A stretch of 58,793 nucleotides of DNA, filler included, from Jimgerdemannia flammicorona (taxonomy: Eukaryota), in the NCBI GenBank assembly GCA_003990765.1. It is 2 parts of 2 records of this genome, joined end to end, with 100 filler letters (N's around TTAATTAATTAA, not from the genome) between each part and the next. Parts side by side here need not be neighbours in the genome. Positions count along the whole stretch, not along the records: positions 29,451 to 58,793 come from RBNJ01000503.1; 1 more part is not named here. The stretch is one strand, 5' to 3'. Below, piece after piece: positions 37,481 through 51,544 of the stretch (position 1 is its first letter; every line of letters starts with the position of its first letter). The notes beneath the pieces were generated by a model. The model did not search any database, was not told the DNA's origin, and saw nothing but the letters and a program-made list of their open reading frames with translations. A program made the position numbers and the translations under genes.

Positions 37481-39385
37481 GACATTCTCAGGGTTCTTCT
37501 TTCCTAGACCTTCTCTAATTATAGTAATGTTCTGGTTACTGGGTTTGCCTGATCTGGTTTTCTTCTCAGAGCATTTGAAGGAGATGTGTCCTGCCTTTCT
37601 GCAGATGAAGCACAATCCTTTTTCATGAAGCTACTTCTTTTCATCCTCAGTGAGAGGTCTGGGTCCTCTGGGGTTTCATTGGTTCCTTTGATCATATCTT
37701 TGATCATTTCTTTAATTATTCCTTCTGGTGGGATTCCATTAGTTATCCTTCTTGTATTCTGGATTTCATGGGGCCTGTGCAGTAAGGATTTTACAGGCTC
37801 TTCTTTGTACTTGGGTAAAGTACCATGAGTAGTGGAGATATCCTTGGGGGAGGCCTTGTTTCTTAATCTTCTGGATGAGCCCAGCTGGTAGGGCTGCAAA
37901 AATATGGTTGGCTCTGATACCATTGATGGCCAAATTGTTTTCCTGATAGGTGAGTCTAATGGTTTTGAGATAGGTATCCATTCTGATAGCAAAGGTCTCT
38001 ATATCCTCTTCACCATTCTTGTGGAACTTCATTTATGCTAGTTTATTCCAGGTTTCTTATATATAGACTGCATTTCAGAATTTGCTCAGTAGTAGGGCTT
38101 TGAGTCCTTGGCCTGTTTTATAGTTATTTCAACCTGGTCTATTATTGGCAGGTGCTTGGCCTACAACTTGAGGGCAGTCTTCCCAGGTTACTGGGTACTG
38201 TTCCAAGGTACACCAGAATTCAGCTACTGTTTCAGTGAAGAATGTGGCTACTGTTTTCACTTGTGCTGCTGATGTGACAAACAACTGTTGAAGGGTGTTG
38301 TTCTGGTTATTAGTGAGCATTCCTCTTGACACTTGGTTATTATTCCATTGGTTTGCTTGGTAATCTGTATCAACTGCATTGATGAAGGTTTCAATATTAC
38401 TGTTTTTTCTACTGAATATTGGGATTCGCAAGGTTTTGGTTAGCTTGTTCTGTTCTGCAATTTGTCCTACTATCCCTGCTAGTGCAGCTAGCTGGGTAGT
38501 CAGTGCTGCAATGTTGGCATCTACCATTGTATTAACTATTAGTGGTGGGCTCATAGGGGTAGATTCTTCAGAAGATTGTTCTATCTGATAAGGTTGTGGT
38601 GCTGTATAACTTGGGGTTACTTAATTCCCAGATATTAGATCAAAGAGTCCTGTGAGAGATGGTAAACCAAACCTTTGTATAGGTGGCTGGATTGGTTCTG
38701 GAGTCTGATCTTCTTAATCTGTAGTTCCTTGGTAAATTCCTAGACCTGCTATTCCTAGTTGGCTATTGTCAGACTAGTATCCTGTAGAGTCTTGGCCTGA
38801 CTCCCTTCCCTGATTAGATAGTGTATCCTCATACTGACTAGATCCTTCAAAGAGGATATCAGGTTCTGGCTGGGTAGATGGGCCTGCATCTTGTTCAGTA
38901 GTAGGAGATGAGTGGCCTGCTTACTCACTTTGGTATCTTATTATAGCAGAGGTATAGTATACAACTAGTCTGTATTAGAGGGAGGTCTTGATGGAAGTGT
39001 GATGGTATCTGTCAGAGGTGAGATATAATCTAAAAAATCCTAGATAGCTGCAACAGTAGATTCTGGAGTCCTGATAGTTCCAATATGTCCTCAGAGGAGT
39101 TTGTAGAACCTACAGTGGCTGACAATATTCCTAAGTCCTGGGTGGTAAGTCATAAAGGCCTAGTATAGATCCTTGTAAGCCTGGTCAATTACAAGCTAGT
39201 GGATCCCTGGGTCTGTGGTTTCCTGATACCACCTGGTCCTAATAGCTAGCTCTGGTTTGGGGGTTTAGTCCTAGAGAATCTACAGTTGATTCTGGGGGTT
39301 ACTCCTGTCCAAGGTTGGTCTTGTTCTAACTTCTTAGGAGTGTGTTCTTGATGCTTTCTTAGCTGGTAATCTACTGCTACCAAGT

Positions 39386-40171
39386 TGTAATAACTCTCAC
39401 TTCTACTCCTCTCTGATCCTTTGGATACTTAGAGAAGTAAGACTATTACTTAAAGACTTAGTATATAATGTATACCAAGAAGTCTTTAGTTTGAGAAAGC
39501 ACTCACTTATAAGTAGTTGTAGCAGTAGTGCCTTATCTTTCAAAGGTCTTTCTCTGGTTTGCCCTATCTTTCAAGAGTCTTGTTCTTTGCTGTGCACAGA
39601 CTAAATTCACCTTAAAATTCAGATTCAATGAGTTTACTTAAGTTTTTGGGGATTTATATACTGGTCTCAGTTCTGGTAGAAATTAGCTAGGTTTCTGGAG
39701 TTTAGTCAGAAATACTAAAGTCACTTAGGTGTCATTACTATGACTCAGAAGAATGTGTGTGTGGGGGGGGAGGGACTTGGTTCTTATATCAAGGACTGAA
39801 CTAAAACTACTTTATTTCAGATGAAAACTGGGGGGTATTTATACAAGTTGGTCCACAATTTCTGACTAAGTATGAGTGACTTATTTGGTAACTATAATGA
39901 GGTTTGTGATTATAACCTTTGTTAGGTAGTTTTTGGCAAAACCAACTTTATGATCAGGATCTCAATTACTAGACAATGATCAGCTGCTGTGATAACTATT
40001 GCTGTGGTACTGATTGTCAAAGATAAACTGGATATTGTTTTTCACATCATTTCTGTATCATTCATTCATTCATCATTCATAATAACATATATTGCACTCG
40101 ATATATGATGACATCATTACTGGGTCATGTGATCACTCATCACATCTCATCTGTTCACTTATTCTATTACA
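39386..40171 (-). repeat. 5' LTR of the dUTPase-bearing gypsy element
   Basis: Inverted termini TGTAATA...TATTACA. On the minus strand it is followed after 3 nt by TGGTAGCAG (PBS-like). The outer edge interrupts another gypsy pol. Confidence 0.75.
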
Positions 40172-42227
40172 TTTGTAAGCTTACCTAATTTGGTTTAGAA
40201 ATTCTGATACCAAGGTGATCTGTATAATTATGGTGAGATCAGGGCATCTTGATAAGGCATCTGGTACTACAAGTGTCTTGCCAGGCTTATAGATGATTGT
40301 CAGGTTGAAGGTTTGAAGCTTAAGGCTCCACTTGGCTTATAGACATAATAGAGTGGGTTAGGTATTGATATACTTGAGGGATTGATGGTCAGTAATGACA
40401 TCAAACTCAATATCTTCTAGATACATAGCATCACCAGTAGTCTAGTATATATATTATTACCAGTAGTTTCTTCTCATAGATGGCTAGCTTTGTTTAGCTG
40501 GGGCCAACTTGTGGGACTCAAAGGCAATAAGATGATGTCCTTTGTCATCATCTTGTGACAGGACTGCTCTAATGGCAAAATTCAATATATCAGTAGTGAC
40601 TGTAAATTTTAGGCTTTGATCTGTATTATATAGGACTAGAGTATAGGTTAGGTAGTTCTTGAGTTCTTGAAAGGCTTGTTGACAGAGAATGTCCCAGATG
40701 TAGGGTACATAGTGGTCTGAGTGTGGGACCTTCCTCATGAGGTTAGTCAGTGGCTCAGCAATGCCAGAGAAGTTTCTGACAAAGTGGCAATAATAGCCAG
40801 CTAGGCCAAGAAAGGATTGGAGTTCTGTAAGATTCAATAGAATGGGCCATTCTTCAATTACTTCTATCTTGTGTGGGTCTACTTGAATTCCTTGTGCAGA
40901 GACAATGTAGCCAAGGTATTTGACTTGTTCCTTGAAGAATTCACACTTCTTGAGCTTAGTATAGAGCTTGTGTTTTCACAGAATCTCCAGGACTATTTGA
41001 ATGTATTTGAGGTATTCTTCTTTAGTTGCACTGAAGATCAGAATATTGCCAAGATATACCAACAGAAAAATAAATAGTTGGTCCTTGAATATCTTGTTTA
41101 TCAGGGTCTGGAATATGGCAGATGCATTGATGAGACTAAATGCTAGGACTAGGAATTCATAGAGTCCAAAGGGAGTCATGAATACAGTCTTAGGAATGTC
41201 TTCTGACTTAATTTGGATCTGGTAGTATCCTGACATGAGGTCTAACTTAGTGAAGTACTTGGCATTCTTAAGTGCATCAAAGATTTGATCAATTAAGAGT
41301 AGTGGATAGTAGTTCTTGACAGTAAGCTTGTTGAGTACATAGTAGTCTATGTATATTTGCAGGGTACCATCTTTCTTCTTGATGAATAGGACTGGTGAGC
41401 CATAGGGAGATTTGCTTGGCTGAATGGCTCCTCATGCAAGTAGTTCTTCTAGTTCCTTCTTGACTGCTTCTATTTTGAGTGGTGATATGTAGTACATGTT
41501 TTTCTTGGGTTATACAGCTCCTGGGGTCAGTTCAATTTCATGATCAACTTCTTGTATAGGCAGTAGACCAGATAGCTTATCTGAAAAGACATCCTTGAAT
41601 TCTTCTAGCAGTAACTTGATACTTTTATTGACTGATGGTTCTTTGTCTTATTTCTTGAGGTGGACTATTACAATAAAGGCATGTATTGCCTTATTGAGTG
41701 CTCTCTTGTACTGTATTGCTGACAGTGTTGCAATCTGGATCTTACTTGTGGATTTATCTGTCTTGATAGTGATGTTGGCTCTATCTTGAAATAAGATGAC
41801 TTCATTTTTGCACCAATTAATATCTGGGTTATGTTTCATAAGCCAAGGTTTTCCTAAGATCAGATCATGATCTCCTAGTGGTGCAACCTCAAAGTCAACT
41901 TATTTCCAATATTTCAGGATCTTGATGAGTAGTTTGGCAGCAATTGACTTAATGGGGTGCAGAGTACCATCTGTAGTAACTATACTGTTATTCTTGGATA
42001 TAGGCTTGGTGAGAATCTTGAGACTTTCAATGAGATTCTGGTTGATGAAGTTCCCTGCAGCTCTGCTGTCTATGAGCACTTGTACTTCTTTTCCTTTGAC
42101 TAGTCCTTTGAAAATAAGCATAGCTTGAGCTTGATTTTCACTAAGACTTGCTACTTGATCAATGCTACCAAAGCCTTTTTGGTCTTGCCTGGTTTCAGGG
42201 AGTTCTTGGATTTCTATAATCTTAAGT
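40172..42227 (-). mobile_element. Second Ty3/gypsy pol fragment (protease-RT-RNase H)
   Basis: VLIDSRAAGNFI (protease), SGYYQIQI...TPFGLYEF...LVYLGNILIFS (RT), LQSFLGLAGYY, TTDILNFAIRAVLSQ and YKPGKTLVVPDALSR (RNase H). Confidence 0.9.
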
Positions 42228-45200
42228 TTACCCCAGCATCACATTCTTCCTCAGGAAGTACCACCATACAACCCAGTACTTGGGGAGTACTACCTTGAGC
42301 AAAGTATCTCCCCATCTCCAGATTTGGCCCCACTCCCAGCCTTCACCCACTCCTACCTTCTGCCAACCTACTGACCATCTCTCCAGAGGGCCAGCCCTGA
42401 TCCACTCCATCACCTCAACCAATGAATACTTCTTCAGACTGTGACCACTAATATGGAGATCCCCCAATCACCACCATCTCTGCTCAGGATCCTCACCATC
42501 CACCATCTCTGGCCCTGCCAACCCCATGGCCAGCCAGGTCTCCACCATGCCCCACCAGAATCCCTTATAGTGCAGTCAACTGATATTTCCAACCTGAAGT
42601 AAACCCTGCATATCCATCCAAACCTCACCATAGAGGCAGAACTGAATCTCCCAATTGTCCATTGCCAGCCTGCCCCAACCCCCTTCTCCTATCTCTGCCA
42701 ATTGACACCCCCACCAACTCCTAAGGACCTTCAGCTGTCACCTGAAGTCCACCAACCCCAGGCCACCATCTGTTGTCTGCATCACCAGTGCATCCCACCC
42801 AATCTGTAGTCATTTCCCATGCCATAACCAGCCTCTCACAATCTTCTTCAGCTGCTGCACTACCCATCCTGGAAAGTCCAAGTGATACTCTAGATACCAC
42901 AATTTAGGCAGCCAATATACATTCAAGACCACAATCCTGCCTATCAAGGAGAAACTCCTCCTAGACCAACCAGTCAAAGTATCTTCCAACTTCTGAATTG
43001 TGCCACTTCACCACTCCTTTGGCAGGACTGTCCCATATACTGAAAACCAAATACCTAGATATCAAATAGCTCTTCCAGTAGCCACCAATTGTCCAAATTA
43101 TCCATGTTCCCCCAGACCGGCACCAAGTTTCATTGTCTCACACTTGCCCCAATTCAGTTTTGCCCCTGCCAGCCTCTCATACTGTCCAACCCCTTCCTGC
43201 AAGAGGTCCATGTCCTCTATACTACCCAATCCAACCACCATATCATCTGTGAATACACCCAGTTTCCATACTATACCACTCATTTGCAGTCCAGAGAGTT
43301 GTCCCTTCAGCTATGCCAGCAATGGCTCCAAAGAGAGTATATAAAGAAGGGGGGAGAGAGGATCTCCCTGCAGTATACCATACACCAAAGCAAACTCTGG
43401 GCTACTCTATCCATTCATCATAACAGCCACCCTACATTCCTGTACTAAGCCTATTAATCTCCCTGCTTCTGCTGCTCCAAATCCAACCTTTCTCAGAACA
43501 GTCTCTAAGTAGATCCACTGCACTCTGTCATAAGCCTTCTCTTGGTCCAGGAAAACCATCCTCCTATCCACCTGCTGGCTCCTACAGCTCTCTAAGACAT
43601 TCTGCACCTAAGCTGTACTATCCCTGATCTGCCTTCCTTTGACAAAGCCTCACTGCTCTTCACCAACCAACATGTCCATATACTGCTGCATTCTTCCTGC
43701 TAGAATCTTCAAGACCAGCTTTCTATCTACATTCAGTAGCATAATAGGTTGCCAATTCTACTACACCTGCCAATCACCCTTTTTCTTATATAGGAGGAAG
43801 ACTAATCCCAAGGAACCATTGCCAATCCAGCTGCTCTTCTTTAGAACAAAGTTGGCCATCTCCACCAACCAGCCACCAAACTCTGCCTTGAACTCCTTCC
43901 AGAATTCCCAGGGCAACCCATCCTCCCCAGGTGACAAACCAGTCTGTGTCTTCTGCAATATCTCCAAAACTTCCTCCAAAGACACTTCACCCATCACTGC
44001 CCCCCCTATCTCAGATATTGCTGCTACTGGCCAAGTGTCTACCATATTGCCATCATCCTCCCCAGGCACCACATTCACTTCATGTTCCCCTCCATCCTGC
44101 CAGAGAGTCTGCTATTGTCCTGAGACCTCTCCCAACATATCGGCAATCCCTGTGACCTCCATTCCATCTTCATGCAGTACAGAGGTCCAACTGAGTCACA
44201 CCCTCCTGGTCTTCAAGATTCCAGATAGATATTTAGTTGGCCTCTCACCCTCCTCCAACTGCCTCACCCATAGTCTTGTGAGTAGGCCATCCACTGCCCT
44301 ATCCTCGGCAGCCCTCAATTCAGTCTGTAGCTCTGCCACCTCTACTGCCAGCTAGTGGCACTTCTCTCCAGATAGGTACCCCTATTCCATTAGTTTCAAT
44401 CACCACCTTAGCCCCTTTTCGACCCTCTTTGCCCTATTCTTCTGCTCCTTCCCAGCTACTTCACCAACATCCCTCCAATAAGCACTCACCAAATGTTTGA
44501 ATTTACCCCACCATTCCACTATTAACTGTCCATCATTCTGCCACTGTGTTACTTCCTGTCATGCAATGTCCACAAACCAATATCTTTCCTTCTTTCTCCT
44601 GAGTAAAGCCACATTGAGATGCCAGTGCCCACCACCACTGTCTGCTGCTTGAAATCTACCACATACCTCCACTCTCCAATGATCTGACCATGGGCACCAA
44701 TGCATCTCAGCAACATCCAGTATATTACCCCAACACTCAGCTACCAGCACCCAATCAATTTGTGTTTTGACTAATTTGTCTCCCACTGGGTGCCACTGGG
44801 TAAATGGTCCTGACTCATCTCCCTGACACTGATGGACACTATCCACCAGTCCCATATCTCACTCCACCTGAAGCCACTGAGCCAGCCCAGGGGAAACTGC
44901 TACACCTGCCCCTCCATCTGACCTGTCCAGTGTCTGATCATATACCATATTGAAATCCCCCCCCAGAATATCCAGTGCTACCACCTCCTGACCTTCCCAA
45001 ACCCACTAGTCCTCAACCCATTGCTTTCACTCTCTGCCAACTGCAGGGAGATAAACCAAGCCTACTGCCAGCCCATCACCTGTCCCTCCCTTTAGCCTTC
45101 TCTACACCAATCTATCACTATAAACCTCAACCTCCACCAGCTCACCTTTATCAACACCAACCAGGATGCCCACCTGCTTGTTCCAACCTGTACTACCATA

Positions 45201-47403
45201 CTATTTTTTACTCCACATCTTATAGTCCTGCTCTCTATATGCCCAAACATCCTGAAGGAAAACAATATCATATCTTCTGACTTTAAGTCATCGAAACAGT
45301 CTCTGCCTCTTAACACCATCACACAACCCATTGACATTGATTGATAATATATATAAACTGTTCATCATTATCAAAGAAATGTTTAAAGCTCAGCTGGGAC
45401 TACTACCACTTTCTCAGCCCTTCCTCTAATGATCTCTCGCTGGTCCTTACAAATCACCCTCCAGATTTGATCACCATTTGCACTGCTGCAGAAAAGGTCC
45501 ACTCTTTCTGCTGCTATCTTCTTTATATCTGCCATTCTGCTCTCATCAACATCATATCCTTCATCATCCAGAAGAGCTGCAACTATTGCTATCACCAGCT
45601 TAGGCCCCTACATCATAATATTAAGAAATTCCTCCCATGCCTCCTGAGATCCGTGAAATATGTCCACTTCCTTGATGTCTTCCTCAGTAAGTTCCTCAAG
45701 TACTATCTGATATCAGCTCTCTACCATCATCGCCAGGGGCCCAGGAGTTGACAGCCTGGGAGTCCTTCTCAGCTTCTGTAATTGCTCTCTGTCCACCAAT
45801 ATGTCCAAAGCCACATCCACCAGCTCATCCTCCTCTATAACCTTCTCCAGATATACTACCTCACCAGCCTCAGAGCACTCCCAATGAACATTTGCTGCCT
45901 CAGCCATATGGGTGTCCTCAACCTGCATCTCCAGCACCACTTCAACATCTGCCTCAAAGCCTCCTTCTCTCATCTCCTCCTTATCTGCCCATTTTCCTCT
46001 CACCGGTACATGTGCTGAGCTCTCCACACCACCCAGCTAGGAGAAAGACACCTCTGCTGCTTCCACACCTTCCATCTGATTCTTAGCCATCTCTACTCCT
46101 CTTTCACTGCTGCCCCCTGCAGGGCCGTCTGCAGATGCTCTCAATTTCCTTTCCTCCATCTCTTCCACTTGCCATCTGCCTGTATCCAGACCCAATCCTT
46201 GGCAAACTCCTCCCACTTTCTCTTTCACAACTCCTTTGCAGCCTCTCTCTCCTCCAGAGCAATCGCCAACTGTTCCTTCTCCTGTTCCACTCCCTTCCTC
46301 CTCCACACCTTGTACTCCTGCCCTCCAACTCAAATCCCCTCTGGCCAATCTCGTCCCAGACCAGTTGCCTCTTTGCCTTCCAGTTGCAGCATCACCTCAC
46401 AGGTTCTATTCCTCAATTTGGTGCCCTCCCAGAACATGAACCCAAAATCCACCATCTCACCATAGCCACCCAGTGCCTCCACCACTATCTCCTTGGTCTC
46501 CTGTCTGCCCAGAGTCGGCAAACCCTCCACCACTAGTCAATCAGCTCATGGGTCCCACCTCAAACACCTTGCTATCCCAATCCTGACACTCTTGACCACC
46601 ATCTCTTTTTCCAGTGCTTTCACCATTGCATCCTCCTCCACAAATCCAATCTCCACTGCCTCCACTGAAGAGATGAATTTCAAGGATTCTGCCCTCACCA
46701 CTTCCTCCCCCACCAGCCTCAGAACCTCTCTGGCTAACATCACCAATCCCAAGAAATTCACCAAAACTGCCTATATTGATACTGATTTGTAAAAGAATGG
46801 CCTCACCACCAACTCACCTGTCCCAGCTGCTAGGGTTACCTTCCTCTTAGTCCCAGAAATACCAGCAGTTGCCTCATCAGTCATAGCTATGCCACCAGCA
46901 GTCCTCTCCCCAGCCACCTGCCCTGCTACAGAAGAACCAGTTTCCAGCATCACACCACCAGACCCCTGTCCCCTTCTAGTCACCTGAGCTGTCACCTGAC
47001 CCATCACCTGACCCCTCCCCCTGTCAACACTATATCCCCCCTGCTCTACCCCCAAGGGCCTGGCCACAGCCCTCCTGCTTCTAACCACAGTATGCCAAGC
47101 CTCAATTCCACTCACCCTCCCCTGATCACCAGCCCCTCCTGCAGCCATACCAGTGCCTGTAATAGCTGCTAAGCTCTTGGGAATACCCAGACCAGGCCTA
47201 CTTCTCTTTAGCTAGAGGAACCTTAACTAGCCATGTTGCCAAAACTTGATGGTTTTCTCTAAAACTTGTTGTGCCTTATTGATAGACTCCCACCATATAA
47301 TGTACACCAGTTTGTTTGAAATAAAAACTTGAAAATGTGTTGTCTTTCACTAAAAGGTGGTTGTGTGGCTTAGCTTACTCTGTGTGGTTTGAGCAAAAGA
47401 AGT
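42228..47403 (-). mobile_element. Tx1/L1-like LINE family 2: ORF1 plus ORF2 (APE-RT), 3'-truncated
   Basis: ORF1 VVRPFFYKS...CLRWDP; APE TQIDWVL, WSDH; RT SPGEDGLPWEFW, LDQEKAYDRV, VFTDD. The 5' region differs from family 1. Confidence 0.9.
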
Positions 47404-47582
47404 CCTGAGGGACCCTCTCTCATCTCTTCTTTACATTCTCTTGTTAGAGTCAGTATTGGTCTGGCTGAGAAGATGGCTGATGAAACTGAGTATGGGAGAG
47501 GTGGTTTGGAAGCTTGGGGCTTTTGCAGATGATATGGTGGTTGGGCTGAATAGTGTAGCAGATGTGGATATTCTATGAATAC
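47404..47582 (+). mobile_element. Short LINE RT fragment
   Basis: WKLGAFADDMVVGL at about 47507-47548. Confidence 0.8.
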
Positions 47583-48824
47583 ATCTTTATCTAGTAATAT
47601 TCAGGTTACACAACACTCTGACAATACTCATGGCACAGTTTTTGGAGAAATGATACTAGTAACATAGTAAGCAATAAGTGTTCTGAGGTATATACTAGGC
47701 AGGGGGGCCCAAGTGCATTCTATTAGCAATATGTGGAGAGAGACCCTGGATTGGGAGGAAGTATGAGGGGCTTGTTGGTAAGAGGGCATGGAAGGGGAGG
47801 AAGCAGTATTGGAGGATAGAGATTCAGGAGGACAAGCTTTGCAGATATGGTGAAGAGGAGGCAGCTAGTAACTGGACTGGAGGGCTGGCTGAGGAGGGGC
47901 AAGGAGGTGGCAAAGACTGTAAAACAGTAGCAGCAGGGGGGATCTCCTTTGGGGGGCCAGAGTAGTGGGGCTGGCAGTGTAGTGGCTGAGGGAGTGACTG
48001 CGGATAGGAGTATAACAGACAATCAAGAAAAAAATCTAGTTGGGACTACTGATGATAGACTGGGTGGTGGGAAGGACATGAGGCCTAGTGACCTGGCTGA
48101 TGGTATAATAGGCCTAGCAGTGGCCCCATTACTCAAGAAGTCAATCTCAGAGTTTGTGATCACCTGTGCTTCTAGGACTTAGCAGTGACAGCAAAGATGG
48201 TTTTGGGGCTGATCACTAAGCAGATAAATGGTATGGCATCTGTTAAGTTCTTGAGGAGACTGGAAGGAGTAGAGGTGGGCTTTGAGAAGACAGGGTTATT
48301 GGACTTGAGGGGACTGGAAGGGGTGGAGGTGGACTTTGAGGAGACAGAGCCATTGGAGGAGGCACTGAAGACTGGGTTGATGGTTGGGGAGGTGTGTGTC
48401 CTGATGGTGTGCTGCTTGAGGTGAGATCCCAGAGTGGTGCAGCTCCTGGTAAAAGGGACTCCTATGGTGACTGCTATAGAGATGAAGAGGAGAGTTGAGG
48501 AAGTTATGACTGAGTATAGAGAAGTGATCAATATAGAATTTAGGGTTTGGAAAGGGACCTCCTTCTGGACAGAGGATATAGACATCAGAATTTAAGTTGC
48601 AGAGAGAGAGACTACTGGGAAGACTCATGATTGACCATCAGTGATGGTGTGGAGAGCATTCATGTACAAAGTGATGAGAGTGAAAGGGAGTGAGAAGGAG
48701 GAAGAGAACCTGTTAGAGGTATTGGAGGAGCTGAGTGGTGCAGTAGAGCATAGGGTGAAGGCTTGGAAGACTTATGTGGAGTCAACACACTTAGAGATTG
48801 TTGATAGGAAGTATATCCACACAG
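47583..48824 (+). mobile_element. LINE family 1 copy: intact 5' end and partial ORF1
   Basis: 5' motif atctttatctagtaatattcaggttacacaa; PLLKKSISEF; internal 54-bp duplication at about 48250-48357. Confidence 0.87.
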
Positions 48825-51540
48825 ACCTTTCTCCAGTAACATTCAGATTACACACATTTTTAGCAACACATCTAACAACATTTTCCACAAAAAGGTGATA
48901 ACAATATGGTGAGCAATTATGAAACTAGTGAGTGTACTGGGCAGGGGGGGCCTAGTGCCTTTAATTGGCAATATGTGGAGAGAGATAGAGGTGCTGGTTT
49001 GGGGATGCTGAGTGCTTCCATACAGAGTCAAGGAGCTAGTAATGGTAGAAGGGGGGGAGCAGGTCAGCAGGGAGCCAGAAGAATGACCTTTACAGATAAG
49101 GTCAGGATGGAGAAGCAGACAACTGGGCTGGATGGCTGGCTAGAGCTAGGGAAGCTGGGGAAGAGGTCTGTGATCACTGGGGGGAGGGGGGGAGCTCCTT
49201 CAAGGGGTCAGCATAGTGGGGCAGGGGGAGCAGTTGCTGAGCAGAAGACTGCTAATAGTGGTGTAATGGTAGAGATGGAAAAAAATCAAGATAGGACTAC
49301 TGATGGTAGACTGGGAAGTGGGGTTGGCATGAGACCTAGTAATTTGGCAGATAGTGTGATGGGGCTGGTGGTGGCACTATTGTTTAAGAAGTTGAGGTCT
49401 AAATTTGCTATCATGATGTACTTTCAGGGCCTAGCAGTGACTGCAAGGATAGTGCTTGAGCTGTTGGCTAAGGAGGTTAAGGGGGTAGTATCAGTGAAGT
49501 TCCTGAAGAAGTTAGAGGCTGTGGAGGTGGGATTTGAGGATGAAAATCTGATGTTAGAAGCAGTAGTGAAGAGGCTGGTGGTGGGAGGAGTGATGGTACT
49601 AATAGTGAGATACATATACTGGGATCCATAAGTAGTTTACCTGGTGGTTGTAGACCTGCTAACAGTCAAGAAGGAGGATGCCAGGAGACTGATTAGTGAT
49701 GTCATCAGGGCATATAGTGAGATTGTGGATATTGGATTTCAATTCTGGAAGAGAACAGAGCTCAGAATAGATGATGTAGACATGAGAGTTCATCTGGCAG
49801 AAATGGAGGATACTGGAAAGGGGAGGGATTGGCTGACTATTCTGAAGTGGGGCCTAGTGGAGTACAAGGTGTCTCAGATCAAGAGTATGATCAAAGAAGA
49901 GGAAGACCTGCTGGAGGCACTGGAAGACCTGGAGAGGGCTGTAATAAGATAGAAGAAGGCATGGCATTAGTATGAGGTGGGGACTGTAGTTGAGGTTATT
50001 AATGATAAGAAGGTGTGGTTGGATTGAGTGGTCTGGAAGAGGGTGAAGGGGAGGTGGCTGCAGAAGGATTTGTTGGTAAGTCTGGAGGAAGGTCCAAAGA
50101 GTGCAGAGATGACTGAAGGGACTGAGACTTGGGCTAGCATCTGGGCAGGTGAAGGACAACTGAGGGGAGGAATGGAGGAGGTCCAGGTGCCAGGGCCATC
50201 TGGGGTGGTAGTGGATAAGGTGATAGTGGAGAATGGTCCAGTTCAATATGGGGTACCAAAGGTTAGGGAGAAGGAGCTGTAGGATGTATCTAAGGATGGG
50301 TGGAATGAGTCAGTAAGAACTGAGGAGGGGGGGGACAGGGGACCTGTGTTAGTGCTGATAGAGGAAGCAGTTGGGGGAGAGAAATGGCTGTGGAAGGCTC
50401 TGCAGAATGTAGCAGTGGAGGAGTTGGGGGAGATCAACTTCCACATGATCAGTGAGGGCTTCTGGAGGTATGTACTGCAGAGAGAGGAGGTGGTAAGGAA
50501 GCTATGTGATAAGATGATGGCAGCATTATTAGAGGAGGAGGAGTATGAGGTAACAGAGGCCAGGGAGGAAACTCTTCTGGATATTATAAATGAAAGAGCA
50601 GTATATTTGTGGGGGCCTTGAAATGATTAAGCAAAATGGCAAGTGGTGTGTGAGGAACACCATATAGTAATAGAGGTGATGGATGGAGAGGATTGTGTGG
50701 AAATGTTGGCAGCTCTGGATGAACAGCAGGAAGTGGATGTATAAGTGGAGGCAGAGAGGATTCTGGATCTGGCTAGAGAGGAAATGAGCATGGAGTTGTA
50801 GAGTGAGGTTAGTGCAATATATTTGTTTAGTATTTAATCATGAACAGTATAACTAAAATATTGTTGTTGAATGTCAATAGACTTTGGGAGCAGGGAGATA
50901 ATGCAGGATTTTTAACTGGCTAAGGAAACAGGAGGCAGATCTATTTCTACTTCAGGATGTCTGGTGTGAGGTTGAGGTTAATGGTTTGGATTAGATGAGA
51001 AAGTGGGGGGGAGAGGCAGTATGGTGGGGGAAAGTGGAGATATTAGTTAGAAAGGGAAATGGAGACATTGTGGACATTGGACATTGAGGGAGTAGGCTAG
51101 TATAGAGTAAATAGAGGAGGCCTGACTGGGGTGCTTTAGTGGTTGGGTCCTGCTATTGTCCAGCTGAGAGGAGAGTCAGAGTGATATGGATTTGGGAACT
51201 GCAGGATTTGGGTGCTCTGGTGGAGGCAGGAGTTGATTGTCTAGGTGGCAACTTTAATATGGTCAGAGAGAGTCAGCTGGACAGGACTGATAGTGAAAGA
51301 GGAATAACTGGGAGAAGTGGAAGTATTGAGGCCTAGGAGGAGACTGAGAGGAGTGGTTCTCTGGTAGACACAGTGAGGTGGCAGAATGGTGATCATTATC
51401 TGTACACACATTAGACTCAAGTTCTAAAATCTAGGATAGATCAGATTTTGTCTGCAGAGTGCTGGGGTGATATAGTCTGAGAGTCTATGAAGGTAGAGTA
51501 GTGTCCCTGATCTGACCACTGAGGCATCTGGGTAGATATA
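48825..51540 (+). mobile_element. LINE (family 1-related subfamily): intact 5' end, ORF1 and APE domain, 3'-truncated
   Basis: 5' motif acctttctccagtaacattcagattacaca; ORF 48906-49631; ORF2 start atgaacagt at 50840; GGNFN; tctgaccac (SDH) at about 51511. Confidence 0.87.
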
Positions 51541-51544
51541 GTAT

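Larger units (their letters stand above)
35381..40171 (-). mobile_element. Ty3/gypsy LTR retrotransposon, 5' half (LTR, gag, zinc knuckle, dUTPase, protease, RT), cut by the LINE at 35380
   Basis: CFICRKAGHISFKC (about 37575-37615), dUTPase motifs, VLLDSGTTGNYIS (about 36667-36705), [13 protein letters not shown] (about 35662-35695). Confidence 0.9.
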
